Origin: a virus
Taxonomy: Duplodnaviria; Caudoviricetes
Length of the DNA stretch: 45,561 nt
IMG/VR virus record: IMGVR_UViG_3300043690_000005
Span: 1 to 45,561 of that record
Strand: one strand, 5' to 3'
Under the pieces are notes generated by a model. It made no database searches and was not told where the DNA came from. It saw nothing but the letters and a program-made list of their open reading frames with translations. The stretch's first letter is position 1. Every line of letters begins with the position of its first letter. The translations under genes and the position numbers were made by a program. Shown in pieces: positions 9,575 to 18,556 of the stretch.

Positions 9575-10833
9575 TAACCAGCAGGCACGGTGAGCTGGTC
9601 GATATAGCTCAATGCTCCAGGATTTGTAGCAAAGATGTTGAATGAGGCTACGATGTAGAAGATCCAGCTAGTCGCAAGACCTCCTGTGCCTCCCCTGATC
9701 TCCCAGACTCTTTGGTTGTTATCAGGATTCTGATAGAAGCCTGGAGGATGAAGTTCTCCTCGTCCTAGGAACTCTAAGTCCAAAAAGTCGATTCGAGTAC
9801 GATCCCAGGAGTATGAGGTCTTCAAAGGAGCACCAGCGAGCCTCATGTTATCATTGAAGTAAAGATCAAGACCCTCTTCTTTTGCAGTCTTGTCAATACG
9901 AATGATGTTGAAGCCTAGTTCCTCGTAAGCTGCCTGTTGTGCCGGATGGGTCCATGCAGTTAGTCTCTTCCTGAAATTATGACCCATGCGGTCACCAATG
10001 AGGTTTAAGGCCAGTCTAGGCAAGGGAAGAGTCAAACTAGCTGCACCAGCATTGACTCTGTTAGCTCTAATCTCAGGGGTCAACGAGCGGTCAAAGCCTA
10101 ACCAAGTTCCAGTTGAGGCATTGCTAACGTGATAAGGAACTCCGTACATACCAACAGGATTAGCGGTAGTCAATCCTGAGCTTACTATGAAATCTCCTGG
10201 ACCTTCGCCTGTGACTTGTGGATACTTGATGGTCTTAGTGGGAAGATCGAGATAGGTAATCGCAACTTCGCCACCTGCTGTTCTATTCGTTGCTAGAGTA
10301 GGATCGAACACGTTAATGTTCATTCCGTATCTCAGCAAGCGAACTCCGTATCCATCAGTAGTGCAAGTGACTGTATCAGTACCAGCCGCGTTGCTAACTG
10401 TAGTAATCGTAGCCAAGACTCCGTTTCCTGCTGTCATGCAGTAAGAGTCTACGTTCCTTCTGAATTCGGCCATACCTGTAGCAAGATTATGACGAAAAGC
10501 ATTGATCACGGCTTTACGGTTATTATCAGTGCTCCAGATTGTTTTCGTAGTCATCTCAACAGCATGCTTCAAATGGACTGAGTGGATCACAGCCTTATCG
10601 AAATAAGGCATGTCACCGCGTCCCATGTCGCCGCCGTCTGGGTCATAGTATCCGGTTTTTCCCCCAGGTCTTAACTCAAGAGGAATACGCATGTCTCTGG
10701 ATGAGATAACCTCTACAGGCTTCTTATCCACTTGGGAATAGAAAACATCGTCTCTATCAAAGAGAGTTGGAACCTTTGGTAGTACTCGCTCAAGCTCTGC
10801 GCCTACTACCTGGGCTTCCATACCAGTAGGCAT
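9571..10833 (-). CDS. Major capsid protein
   Basis: 420 aa directly after the scaffold-like gene, with AAGGA RBS. Size and composition fit an HK97-fold capsid with an insertion domain. Confidence 0.8.
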   Translation of the reverse strand: MPTGMEAQVVGAELERVLPKVPTLFDRDDVFYSQVDKKPVEVISSRDMRIPLELRPGGKTGYYDPDGGDMGRGDMPYFDKAVIHSVHLKHAVEMTTKTIWSTDNNRKAVINAFRHNLATGMAEFRRNVDSYCMTAGNGVLATITTVSNAAGTDTVTCTTDGYGVRLLRYGMNINVFDPTLATNRTAGGEVAITYLDLPTKTIKYPQVTGEGPGDFIVSSGLTTANPVGMYGVPYHVSNASTGTWLGFDRSLTPEIRANRVNAGAASLTLPLPRLALNLIGDRMGHNFRKRLTAWTHPAQQAAYEELGFNIIRIDKTAKEEGLDLYFNDNMRLAGAPLKTSYSWDRTRIDFLDLEFLGRGELHPPGFYQNPDNNQRVWEIRGGTGGLATSWIFYIVASFNIFATNPGALSYIDQLTVPAGY

Positions 10834-10858
10834 TTTAGTTTATCCTTTACAATTACTC

Positions 10859-12094
10859 TTACTTGCGAAAGGTTACTCGGTCGTTGAGAAAGTCCTCGTC
10901 ACTAGTGTTTCTCCAATCAACGCTCTTAGGATTAATTGGACCTCTACCAGAATAACGAGGAACTGCTCCATTCTGTCCAGGCTCTCTGCGACTTTCAGTC
11001 GCAGTGAGTCTTGTACGAACCCTCTGAGAGTTTCGGGCACTAGTGCCAGTTGCCTCAGAGATCAGACGATTACGGATTCGAGGAATCAAAGCCTTCGCGC
11101 GCGCCAGGTACGCGGATGTGATTCTGGTCTTTAAGTCTTTTGAGTAACCTTCTCTTCCGCCTCTCGTCCACAAAGAGTCCATGTATCTCATGTGCTCTTT
11201 GTCAGATACCATCTGAGAATTTACCTCTCTTATGGTATCTTCCAATATCTTGTCATAAGCCCATTTGGAGATGATTCCCTCTGGGTCTATTTGCTCCTTA
11301 GTGCCGATCATGCCTGAGAGTTGGCTCAAAGCATTCTCCTCAACGTCGGCTCTAAAAGAAGTATATCTTTCAGCTTGGAGCTTCATCCGCTCAGTATCTA
11401 TGTGCTTAAGCTCATCAGGTTTCTCCTTAGGCTTCGCAAAGGTCTTCTCACCTGTTGCTACTTTGTCATCGTTAAAGAGAAACTTTGATAGATACTGAGC
11501 AGCATACTGCTGATTCTCGTTATTGTTGCTCTTACCTTCATTGTACAAGGCTCTACATACTTGCTCCAATGTAGGAACAATGGCTTGCCAATGGACGTTA
11601 GGATTAATCTCTCGTAGTCCATCCAGTAAATTCTCGGAAAACTTACCAAGAGCTTTGGAGTCTGCTTCATTAACAGCCTCAAGAAATCCCTTGGCATCTC
11701 CACTTAAGACTTTATCTTGTAGGACCGTGAATGCTTCTGAGTTAGAAGCAGCCTCACGAGCATCTTCTACGCTCGGAAAGAGAGTAGCGAATTCCTTCTC
11801 CCTGAAGAGCATATGCTGCATGTCAGGGAAGTCCTTGAAGAACTTTGGATACTTGGTCTTTATGTCGGTGATAGATGGTCTATCGTAATATTCTAGATGC
11901 CCTTCTTGAGGAGGTTCTTCAGTAGTCTCTTCAGTCTCTTCGTCCTGGACAAATGAGGATTCAGGCTCGGTTACTTCCCCCTGAGGCTCTTCTACATAGT
12001 CACTCTCAGAGCTAACCTCAGGCGTCTCAAGTAGCGCCACATCTTCATTAATTGTAGTAGTCCCAGAATCTAGAGAATCCGGCTCTTCAGGCAT
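10859..12094 (-). CDS. Capsid scaffolding protein
   Basis: 411 aa with acidic disordered N-terminus, helical core and short C-terminal helix (SDEDFLN). Immediately upstream of the capsid gene. Confidence 0.7.
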   Translation of the reverse strand: MPEEPDSLDSGTTTINEDVALLETPEVSSESDYVEEPQGEVTEPESSFVQDEETEETTEEPPQEGHLEYYDRPSITDIKTKYPKFFKDFPDMQHMLFREKEFATLFPSVEDAREAASNSEAFTVLQDKVLSGDAKGFLEAVNEADSKALGKFSENLLDGLREINPNVHWQAIVPTLEQVCRALYNEGKSNNNENQQYAAQYLSKFLFNDDKVATGEKTFAKPKEKPDELKHIDTERMKLQAERYTSFRADVEENALSQLSGMIGTKEQIDPEGIISKWAYDKILEDTIREVNSQMVSDKEHMRYMDSLWTRGGREGYSKDLKTRITSAYLARAKALIPRIRNRLISEATGTSARNSQRVRTRLTATESRREPGQNGAVPRYSGRGPINPKSVDWRNTSDEDFLNDRVTFRK

Positions 12095-12428
12095 GGTTAT
12101 TCTCCCAGTATGTCTTGAAATTCTTTATCTCTTCTAGGGACTTACCAAAGTCTCCATCAAAGCGGATGGCCCTATCGTCTAAATAAGCAATAGCAGGAGG
12201 CTTTTCTTTAAATACTTTAATAGGCCCCAAGATAGCATGATCAACCAGCCACTTACCAATCTTCATTGGATCTCTCGTACTATGGATAACTACCTCATAG
12301 CCCAAGGATCTTAACTCATTAATAAACTCCTTTGCACCTGGTTGAGGCTCAAACAAATAATCCTCACCCTTCCAACCACTATAAGTATTGAGAACCCCAT
12401 CAAAATCGAGGCAAATAGTCCTAGGCAT
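12087..12428 (-). CDS. Small capless HAD-superfamily phosphatase-like protein
   Basis: Motif I CLDFDGVL, motif II IHSTR, motifs III/IV KP....YLDDRA; 113 aa. Confidence 0.85.
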   Translation of the reverse strand: MPRTICLDFDGVLNTYSGWKGEDYLFEPQPGAKEFINELRSLGYEVVIHSTRDPMKIGKWLVDHAILGPIKVFKEKPPAIAYLDDRAIRFDGDFGKSLEEIKNFKTYWENNHA

Positions 12429-13704
12429 TTTCGGCCTCCACTACGTCATCGTACATCTTAGTAAGAGCTTTGACCATGTCAGTTCGATACTGCTTATCAG
12501 GAACCTTCATCTCGTCGAGAATCTTGTATGGCATATCAAGAGCCTTCTCAACATTCTCGGCATAATCAGACACGCACGCTATGACTCCGGTGCCGTCCGC
12601 GTGAACAAGACCTTTTCCATTCTTCATGATCTCAAAAAAGTAATAATTATCTCGGTACTTATTCATTAGGCCGGAAATGGGAATACCGAAGTTTGGTCCT
12701 ACTCTGTCGATATCCTTAGTATCCTCAGGTTCGATAGGATACGGAGGAATGCTAATCCGAACGCCAGCGGCACAAGCGTCAACGAGCGGCATGTCCATGT
12801 CTTTTCCACTTGCACAATCATACATGAACTCTCCTACTTCCTGATCCATTAGTTGAAGCATAGTAGGTAAAGCATCATAGCCAAATCTTGGAGTCCATTC
12901 TAGTCCGTGAACTCCTTCGTCGTTCACGATTACATTTAAATCTATTGGCCCAATATATCCTAACTCTGAGCAAATGTCCTCTACTCTAAGGACTCCTTGC
13001 TCCACTATATTACAAGAATCAGCACAGAGCCAGACTGCATTTCCTGAGCAGCCAGTACTCGGTCCTTTATCGTCGTTCATGAGTTTCTTGCACTCAACTG
13101 TATGATTAACTGGCCTCAGGAACTCCTTGCCATTGCACCAGTATTCACTACTTACTAGAGTTCCCTCAATGAATTCTTGAAGTACGAATTCTTCTATCTC
13201 AGTCTCATAGTGCTCTTGTATATACTGTAGATAATGAATGAGATCATCGTTATCGCAGGCACAATAAGTGAGACGAGTAGGAAGGTTATCCCCACTGGGC
13301 TTGAATACCAATTTATCATGAGCTTGCTGCTCTGTGACAAATTTAATAGCATCTGGGATCTGCCTTCCCTTAAACTCATAGACCTTCGGAGTTTTGATAC
13401 CACAATGGTTCATTAGATCAGTACCGTACTTACGGTCGTGCTCGATTCTGTCGGAGAAGGGGCCAGCTCCAAGTACGAGCTTCCCCCTGGACCTAAGCTC
13501 TTTAGCAAGATCTCCCATACCTGACATGTCAAAGATATAAACATCGGCTGATTCGGAGGGATTCTTGGATTTAGGTAAAATACCATCCCAGCAACGACGG
13601 TATCCGGGTTCTTTAATGTAAAGGGAGACATCATTGCCTTCCTCCTTTATTTGATGTAGGATCTGAGCACCTTCTCCGCACTTTGAGATCATCATGAACT
13701 TCAT
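12421..13704 (-). CDS. PurD (GAR synthetase)-like ATP-grasp amide ligase
   Basis: IEHDR...LM...GI.TP, VFKPSG, LQEFIEG..VS, KKLMNDDKGPSTG (cf. PurD K...GD.GPNTGGMG), LEWTPRFG (cf. EFN.RFG) and C-terminal QYRTD (cf. YR.DIG). Confidence 0.85.
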   Translation of the reverse strand: MKFMMISKCGEGAQILHQIKEEGNDVSLYIKEPGYRRCWDGILPKSKNPSESADVYIFDMSGMGDLAKELRSRGKLVLGAGPFSDRIEHDRKYGTDLMNHCGIKTPKVYEFKGRQIPDAIKFVTEQQAHDKLVFKPSGDNLPTRLTYCACDNDDLIHYLQYIQEHYETEIEEFVLQEFIEGTLVSSEYWCNGKEFLRPVNHTVECKKLMNDDKGPSTGCSGNAVWLCADSCNIVEQGVLRVEDICSELGYIGPIDLNVIVNDEGVHGLEWTPRFGYDALPTMLQLMDQEVGEFMYDCASGKDMDMPLVDACAAGVRISIPPYPIEPEDTKDIDRVGPNFGIPISGLMNKYRDNYYFFEIMKNGKGLVHADGTGVIACVSDYAENVEKALDMPYKILDEMKVPDKQYRTDMVKALTKMYDDVVEAENA

Positions 13705-14009
13705 CAGGGTTCAATAGTTACAATGATTCCTTGACTAGCCGCTGAACCTTTGAGCCTTATTGATCGGAGAGCAATGCTCTGAGTCCCTGAGGCTCTAGTC
13801 ATTAGAACAGCGTTCGCAGCCGCTGTAAGTCCAATGTTTCCGGCTCCATCAGTTATACCTACAGTACCTGAATTACCTGTAGGAGTCCTTATATCTAGAT
13901 AAGAAGCCTTATCTGATGGAGACGTAGAAAAAGCCGTGCTACCTAGCAAAAGTGTAAAGAGATTCTGCTCGTTAGTATTAGCTGGCATTGTTATAACAAA
14001 TGATCTCAT
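13704..14009 (-). CDS. Small beta-rich putative virion protein
   Basis: 101 aa, S/T/G/A-rich, overlapping the portal stop and the ATP-grasp start. Confidence 0.55.
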   Translation of the reverse strand: MRSFVITMPANTNEQNLFTLLLGSTAFSTSPSDKASYLDIRTPTGNSGTVGITDGAGNIGLTAAANAVLMTRASGTQSIALRSIRLKGSAASQGIIVTIEP

Positions 14010-16288
14010 CCTTCAACTCCTCGATCTGGATTCTCACCAACTGCTGATCCTTCAAAGTTACTCATAGTCTTTTGCATCATACTCTGTTGATGCTGCATCA
14101 GGTGCATCATCAACATCTGATATGCTTGCGGGTTAGTATTCTTCAAGTCCATACCGGAAGCGCCGACCATGAAGTTTCTAAGAGTAGCTATATGAATCTC
14201 ATCATCATCAACGGCTGGCTCTATCATTACTTGCTGCCCGGAGATCATCTGCTGGATCTCTCTGCTTTGCTTAATCTTCTGATCCTCACCAGGAATAAAT
14301 AGCTCAGGATCTCCTAGAACATCGGCAATCTTTCTTCGGTTCTCAGGATCAAACATTGCTGTCTGAATGAACTCATTGTTTAGCTGCAAGAGTTCCATGA
14401 ACAGGTGCTGCTTCTGAGCCATCGTGATTGGGAAATGTTCGGCTCCTTCGTATTCGACTTCTCCGACTTTTCCGCTCATCTCACTTTGTCTGATCCAGAC
14501 GTTTACATAGTTGCCGTTCTCTTTAGCTACATAATGCTGGTCTGAGATAACTGTCTCAACAAAGAGATGAACGCACTTCTCGATCATGTGTGCCCACCAA
14601 TCTACGACTAAGCTCCAAGCGATCCCTAGTCTTTGTAAGGCCATTTGACGGCTCATATTGTATTCAGATGCTGTCCTAGTCTTTCCTTGGCTTGGGCCTC
14701 CATATATACTAGGGTAAGATCCAACAACAAATTGACCGTCCTGATCATATTGCTTAAATGCAGCCATTGTCTCTCTGGAAAGAGTTGCTCTAGTAGATTC
14801 CCAGAAGGCATTTGCAATTGTTTGCCCTGGCTTTGGAGTTGCTGGATATACCATTCCAGGTCTAGCTTCATGGCGAGAATAAGAGTCGAAATCCAGGACT
14901 TCTGGGTCTGCGAAAGTGTTAGGAATCCCGTGTTCCACGGTCTCTTGTGTAAGGTTAACCAAGACGTTCCTGATCTCTTGAACACTAATTAAAGGCTGAC
15001 CAAGTGGGTCACAATGAATGTATTTGCTTAAACCGATCTTTCCAACAGTCCAGTACTTGTCCAAATCCTCGTCTCGTGCTTCAACGTATACGTTGTTCCC
15101 AATGTAACACATGTAGCAGCCACGAGGGAACATCTTCTTGAGTTTTTCTCGTTCTGTCTTATGAACATCTGAAATGGCATCGAACATCCAAGGCCGCATC
15201 CAGCATCTCTTGAGACTCCTTAAGGTTCTATTTTCATCAACTCTACTGAAACTACTAAATGCCGAAGGAGTTCGAGCTATCCTCTCAGCCTGACTCTTTT
15301 CATCTACGTCATGATCTATGTCGTCAGAGACATGAGGATACAAGGACTTAAGATAAGCTAACGGCAAGTCTTTCCTCAAGATTAAGTAGCCGAAGTCTTT
15401 CTGTTCCATAGAGTTGTACGGTACTTGCACATGCAGAGGTCCGTACAACTCTATGTTTATCCTTGATTTCGGAGACTCACTGACACCCGAAAGTACAGGA
15501 GTCTTAGTTAAGGAAGCTCCACAGATTGGACACTTAGTTGGATCAGTTAAGTCTTGATCTTGAGTAAGAGATCCCTGCTGAGAGATGAACTGGGTGCCGG
15601 AGCCTGCGGCTCCTGGACTATTATTTTCCAACGACGGTGGCTCTGGTATTACCTCATCTTGCTCGCTCTCTTTGAACTCCTTGCCTTCAGGCATCGGACC
15701 ACAGTTGGGACAAGTTAGCCCGTCCTCGAACTTCGGCACTGCTAGGATGCCGTAGGCTTTGTCAGCCTTAGGCGCATGATACGCGAAGACAAGACCCTCG
15801 TTCCACATGAGGAACAGAGCCTTGACTAGAAGCATCTTGGCTTTGTTGTGTTTTTGAATAAGATCTGCGATCTTAGCATAGGTTTTGCTAGTCGTAAGAT
15901 CTTCTTGATCTTCAGCATCATCAGGAGGGAATCGCACTGCCGGAACCTCCGTTGATAACGCAGCAATGATTGACTCTCCGTGAGCCTTATATATGTTAAT
16001 GACGAAATCGTAAAACGGCCCTTCGGCTTCTTCACGTCCTTCCTCTTGAACGAACCACTTGATCTCTTGTGGGGCTATCCAGTCTTGTCTACTCTCAGAC
16101 CAGAAGATGAACTGGACTCCGTGCCAGAATTCATCATTCTTCTTCCACATCTTGATCTGTTGCTTACGAACCCAAGAATCCTCCTCTTCGCACTTTTTCA
16201 TAAGCTCAATGAGGATCTTCTGGAGATCGTCTGGGAGATCTTCGTGATTGTTGATCTCCTCGTGCGACTGTAAGGATTCCGTTGCCAT
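14006..16288 (-). CDS. Portal protein (large, P22-like class) with zinc-ribbon insertion
   Basis: 760 aa. W....EFW.G.Q, N.Y..H.....A.L....P.V.F.P...ED.ED, Q...N and C-terminal DD..H...L..F...H...H pattern. Lies between terminase and scaffold. Confidence 0.8.
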   Translation of the reverse strand: MATESLQSHEEINNHEDLPDDLQKILIELMKKCEEEDSWVRKQQIKMWKKNDEFWHGVQFIFWSESRQDWIAPQEIKWFVQEEGREEAEGPFYDFVINIYKAHGESIIAALSTEVPAVRFPPDDAEDQEDLTTSKTYAKIADLIQKHNKAKMLLVKALFLMWNEGLVFAYHAPKADKAYGILAVPKFEDGLTCPNCGPMPEGKEFKESEQDEVIPEPPSLENNSPGAAGSGTQFISQQGSLTQDQDLTDPTKCPICGASLTKTPVLSGVSESPKSRINIELYGPLHVQVPYNSMEQKDFGYLILRKDLPLAYLKSLYPHVSDDIDHDVDEKSQAERIARTPSAFSSFSRVDENRTLRSLKRCWMRPWMFDAISDVHKTEREKLKKMFPRGCYMCYIGNNVYVEARDEDLDKYWTVGKIGLSKYIHCDPLGQPLISVQEIRNVLVNLTQETVEHGIPNTFADPEVLDFDSYSRHEARPGMVYPATPKPGQTIANAFWESTRATLSRETMAAFKQYDQDGQFVVGSYPSIYGGPSQGKTRTASEYNMSRQMALQRLGIAWSLVVDWWAHMIEKCVHLFVETVISDQHYVAKENGNYVNVWIRQSEMSGKVGEVEYEGAEHFPITMAQKQHLFMELLQLNNEFIQTAMFDPENRRKIADVLGDPELFIPGEDQKIKQSREIQQMISGQQVMIEPAVDDDEIHIATLRNFMVGASGMDLKNTNPQAYQMLMMHLMQHQQSMMQKTMSNFEGSAVGENPDRGVEG

Positions 16289-16846
16289 TTACTTTGACTT
16301 CTTAAGTTTAGCAGGAGTAGGAGCGCCTACTGGAAAATCGTTAGCTGAACCATCAGAGTAGGCTACCCTAAAGAATAAATTGTTGTTAGCGTCAATCAAA
16401 GGCATGACGCTGGTTACTCCTGGAGGAAATACATCTTGTCCGCTGTCGCTTGGTCCTAAAGCGATTGCTGCACTTCCTGTTACCCAGAGATTATTGACAT
16501 TCTTAATGTCATGACCTGCGGCGTCTACATTTCCCTGCAAGGTCGGCGCTGGAGTCCTGGGATTGCTCAACTGACCAATATCGGTAATGGCATTGACTGT
16601 CGTATTGACGATGAATACTGAAGAGTCTTTCATCTCCAAAGACTGGGAGTACATCACGTCATAAGATGCAGCGCCTGGAACATTATCCCAAGTGACTACT
16701 ACACAATTATTATTGTCTAGTGGATCGACTCCCTTAACCTGAGCCGGACCCATAGGAGTTCCTAGAGCATTAGGAAAGATGGGAGTAACCCAGTAGAACC
16801 TATCGAAGTTCCCTGGGTTACCATAGTATTGAGCAGTGAGTCCCAT
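16289..16846 (-). CDS. Putative virion protein with N-terminal FN3-like domain (paralog of 16849..17448)
   Basis: DRFYWV...GP.QV....LD..N.V...WD..PGA..Y is shared with the neighbour. Confidence 0.65.
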   Translation of the reverse strand: MGLTAQYYGNPGNFDRFYWVTPIFPNALGTPMGPAQVKGVDPLDNNNCVVVTWDNVPGAASYDVMYSQSLEMKDSSVFIVNTTVNAITDIGQLSNPRTPAPTLQGNVDAAGHDIKNVNNLWVTGSAAIALGPSDSGQDVFPPGVTSVMPLIDANNNLFFRVAYSDGSANDFPVGAPTPAKLKKSK

Positions 16847-16848
16847 GA

Positions 16849-17448
16849 TTATTTATGCGCGTGCTCTGGCACCGGCTGGCTCTTAGGAAGATCAGCCTTG
16901 ATATTAGCCTGCTTCTTTTTAGCTTCTTCCTCTTTCTTCTTCTTCTCCTCGTCCTTCTTTTTCTGCTCGTCTACTAGTTGCTGAAGAGTCTGAACCTGTT
17001 GAGTCAGAGCGTCTACTTTCTTCTGATCAACTGGCTCTTCTTTCTCAGCCTGGGCTAATTTATCCTGAGCCTCTTTGAGTTGTTTCTCGTAGTGAGCTGC
17101 AAGATCAATCTTAGTTCCTGGAGAAGGACGTTGAACCTCCTTGACTGGAGCAGGATACGTAGTCAAGGGCAAGCCTGTGTCAGTGTATCCAGTAGTCGTA
17201 GTCGTAGTCACGAGAGTTAACGATCCTGGTGCCGGAACGACCGAGTCTGGAGTACTAAGTAAGTTATAGTGAGTCGCTCCAGGTTCGGCATCCCAGTTAA
17301 TCATGACTACATTCTGGTAGTCTAGGTCTGCTGGTGTAGTCACTTGTACTGGACCGAGTAAGGGTCCATCACAACATGGGAACCTTACGTCAACCCAATA
17401 GAATCTGTCTGTAGTACCGCCGCTGCGTCCTACATATGTTGCGTTCAT
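16849..17448 (-). CDS. FN3-like domain protein with C-terminal coiled coil
   Basis: DRFYWV...WDAEPGATHYNL...YTDTG, followed by a K/E/Q-rich helical tail. Confidence 0.65.
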   Translation of the reverse strand: MNATYVGRSGGTTDRFYWVDVRFPCCDGPLLGPVQVTTPADLDYQNVVMINWDAEPGATHYNLLSTPDSVVPAPGSLTLVTTTTTTGYTDTGLPLTTYPAPVKEVQRPSPGTKIDLAAHYEKQLKEAQDKLAQAEKEEPVDQKKVDALTQQVQTLQQLVDEQKKKDEEKKKKEEEAKKKQANIKADLPKSQPVPEHAHK

Positions 17449-17747
17449 TGTTTCTTCCTTTTCTGATCGGAACCTAAACCTGTAAGTGGGACTCTAGGAT
17501 TGGGATTAGTTATTCGTCCTTGAGCAACGTAGTCTCCTCCAACTCCTCCTCGTAATCCTTTGGGTAACTTCGGGGGCGGGACCGGAGGAGTGCTAGTCTT
17601 TATGGACTCGAAGGACGGCACTCGCTTCGCACCTCTATTTTTAGGCACAAGAGCCTCCTTTAGTATTCTTTCCCAAGAGGTTCTTTTGTTTGCTCCTCTT
17701 GTTTGACTGCTGAGGATGAGGAGAGCCGAGTCCTTTGAGATGGACAT
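17445..17747 (-). CDS. Small basic K/R/P-rich protein
   Basis: 100 aa; its stop overlaps the next ATG. Start uncertain because it overlaps 17641..17859. Confidence 0.45.
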   Translation of the reverse strand: MSISKDSALLILSSQTRGANKRTSWERILKEALVPKNRGAKRVPSFESIKTSTPPVPPPKLPKGLRGGVGGDYVAQGRITNPNPRVPLTGLGSDQKRKKQ

Positions 17748-17859
17748 CAGGAATCTTAGGTCCCCTGTGAGTCACTTTCTCCATGAGAGGAGCTTTCCGG
17801 CCCTTGAGCTTTGCAGAGTCAGCTACTGCTTCGACGCTTTTATGAAGAGCTTTATGCAT
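17641..17859 (-). CDS. Small lysine-rich protein
   Basis: 72 aa, ATG one base after the upstream stop. Shares GLGS.....K.K. with the C-terminus of 17445..17747. Confidence 0.45.
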   Translation of the reverse strand: MHKALHKSVEAVADSAKLKGRKAPLMEKVTHRGPKIPDVHLKGLGSPHPQQSNKRSKQKNLLGKNTKGGSCA

Positions 17860-17860
17860 G

Positions 17861-18064
17861 TTAGTTCAATGTCCCTAGTTTGTCATAAGGAGAGCTAGTC
17901 GGTAAGGGCACGCTAGGTTTGTTAACACTAGCCTGATTCAAAGCACTGGCTAGAGTCTTCTTGACTCCGTTGCCGTTCTTCTTCTTTTTCTTCTCAGGAT
18001 CTGGTTTAGTGCCGCCGAGTCCTTGAAGTCCACCACCTAGCCTAGCTAAGAATCCACCTAGCAT
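17861..18064 (-). CDS. Small G/K-rich protein
   Basis: 67 aa, TAATG-coupled to the upstream gene, with GAGG RBS. Confidence 0.55.
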   Translation of the reverse strand: MLGGFLARLGGGLQGLGGTKPDPEKKKKKNGNGVKKTLASALNQASVNKPSVPLPTSSPYDKLGTLN

Positions 18065-18372
18065 TATCTCTTTACCTCTTCTCGTTCTATCTCGTTCCTA
18101 AGCTTCCGAGCATCTTCCATCTCTAGCCGATGTCTCCTAATAGTCCAAGGCTCAGGGGAAGATGCAATGGGTTTTGTAGACTTCAACAAAACACTCGGAA
18201 GTGTTTTGTTGAGTAACTCATCGATCTTCCCCTTTACCTCACTAATCTCGGAGGTTTGGTTAGTGAGGAACTCTATTTGTGCCTTGAGAAAGTTTATCTC
18301 ATCCTGGAGAAGCTTGTAATCAAGATCTAGGTGCCCGCCAAGGAATAAGATTAGTCTTTCTTTCATTGTCAT
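18064..18372 (-). CDS. Hypothetical coiled-coil protein
   Basis: 102 aa with heptad pattern LLQDEINFLKAQIEFL. Confidence 0.6.
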   Translation of the reverse strand: MTMKERLILFLGGHLDLDYKLLQDEINFLKAQIEFLTNQTSEISEVKGKIDELLNKTLPSVLLKSTKPIASSPEPWTIRRHRLEMEDARKLRNEIEREEVKR

Positions 18373-18556
18373 ATCTGAGGCTCACCGCACATCTATCTTC
18401 GCGTCCATCTTACCTTAAAGTAAATCAGACATTTCCATTGCTGATAGTTCCCGGCCCAGCCTCAGAAACTCTTTCATTTCAATTGTGCTTCGATCTATCG
18501 TTTTGCAGTTCATCAGGCATTCTCGAACACGATAGTTCCCATGAAACCTCAAGCTC

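Noticed and set aside
12421-13704. Assigning the gene symbol purD (auxiliary purine metabolism)
   Set aside because: Substrate-loop motifs differ from PurD and no other pur genes are present, so it is called PurD-like only.
18373-18556. ~185-bp gap with a 10-bp direct repeat (gatagttccc at 18443 and 18531) as an ncRNA or gene
   Set aside because: I found no convincing ORF, tRNA fold or stable structure; the evidence is too weak.
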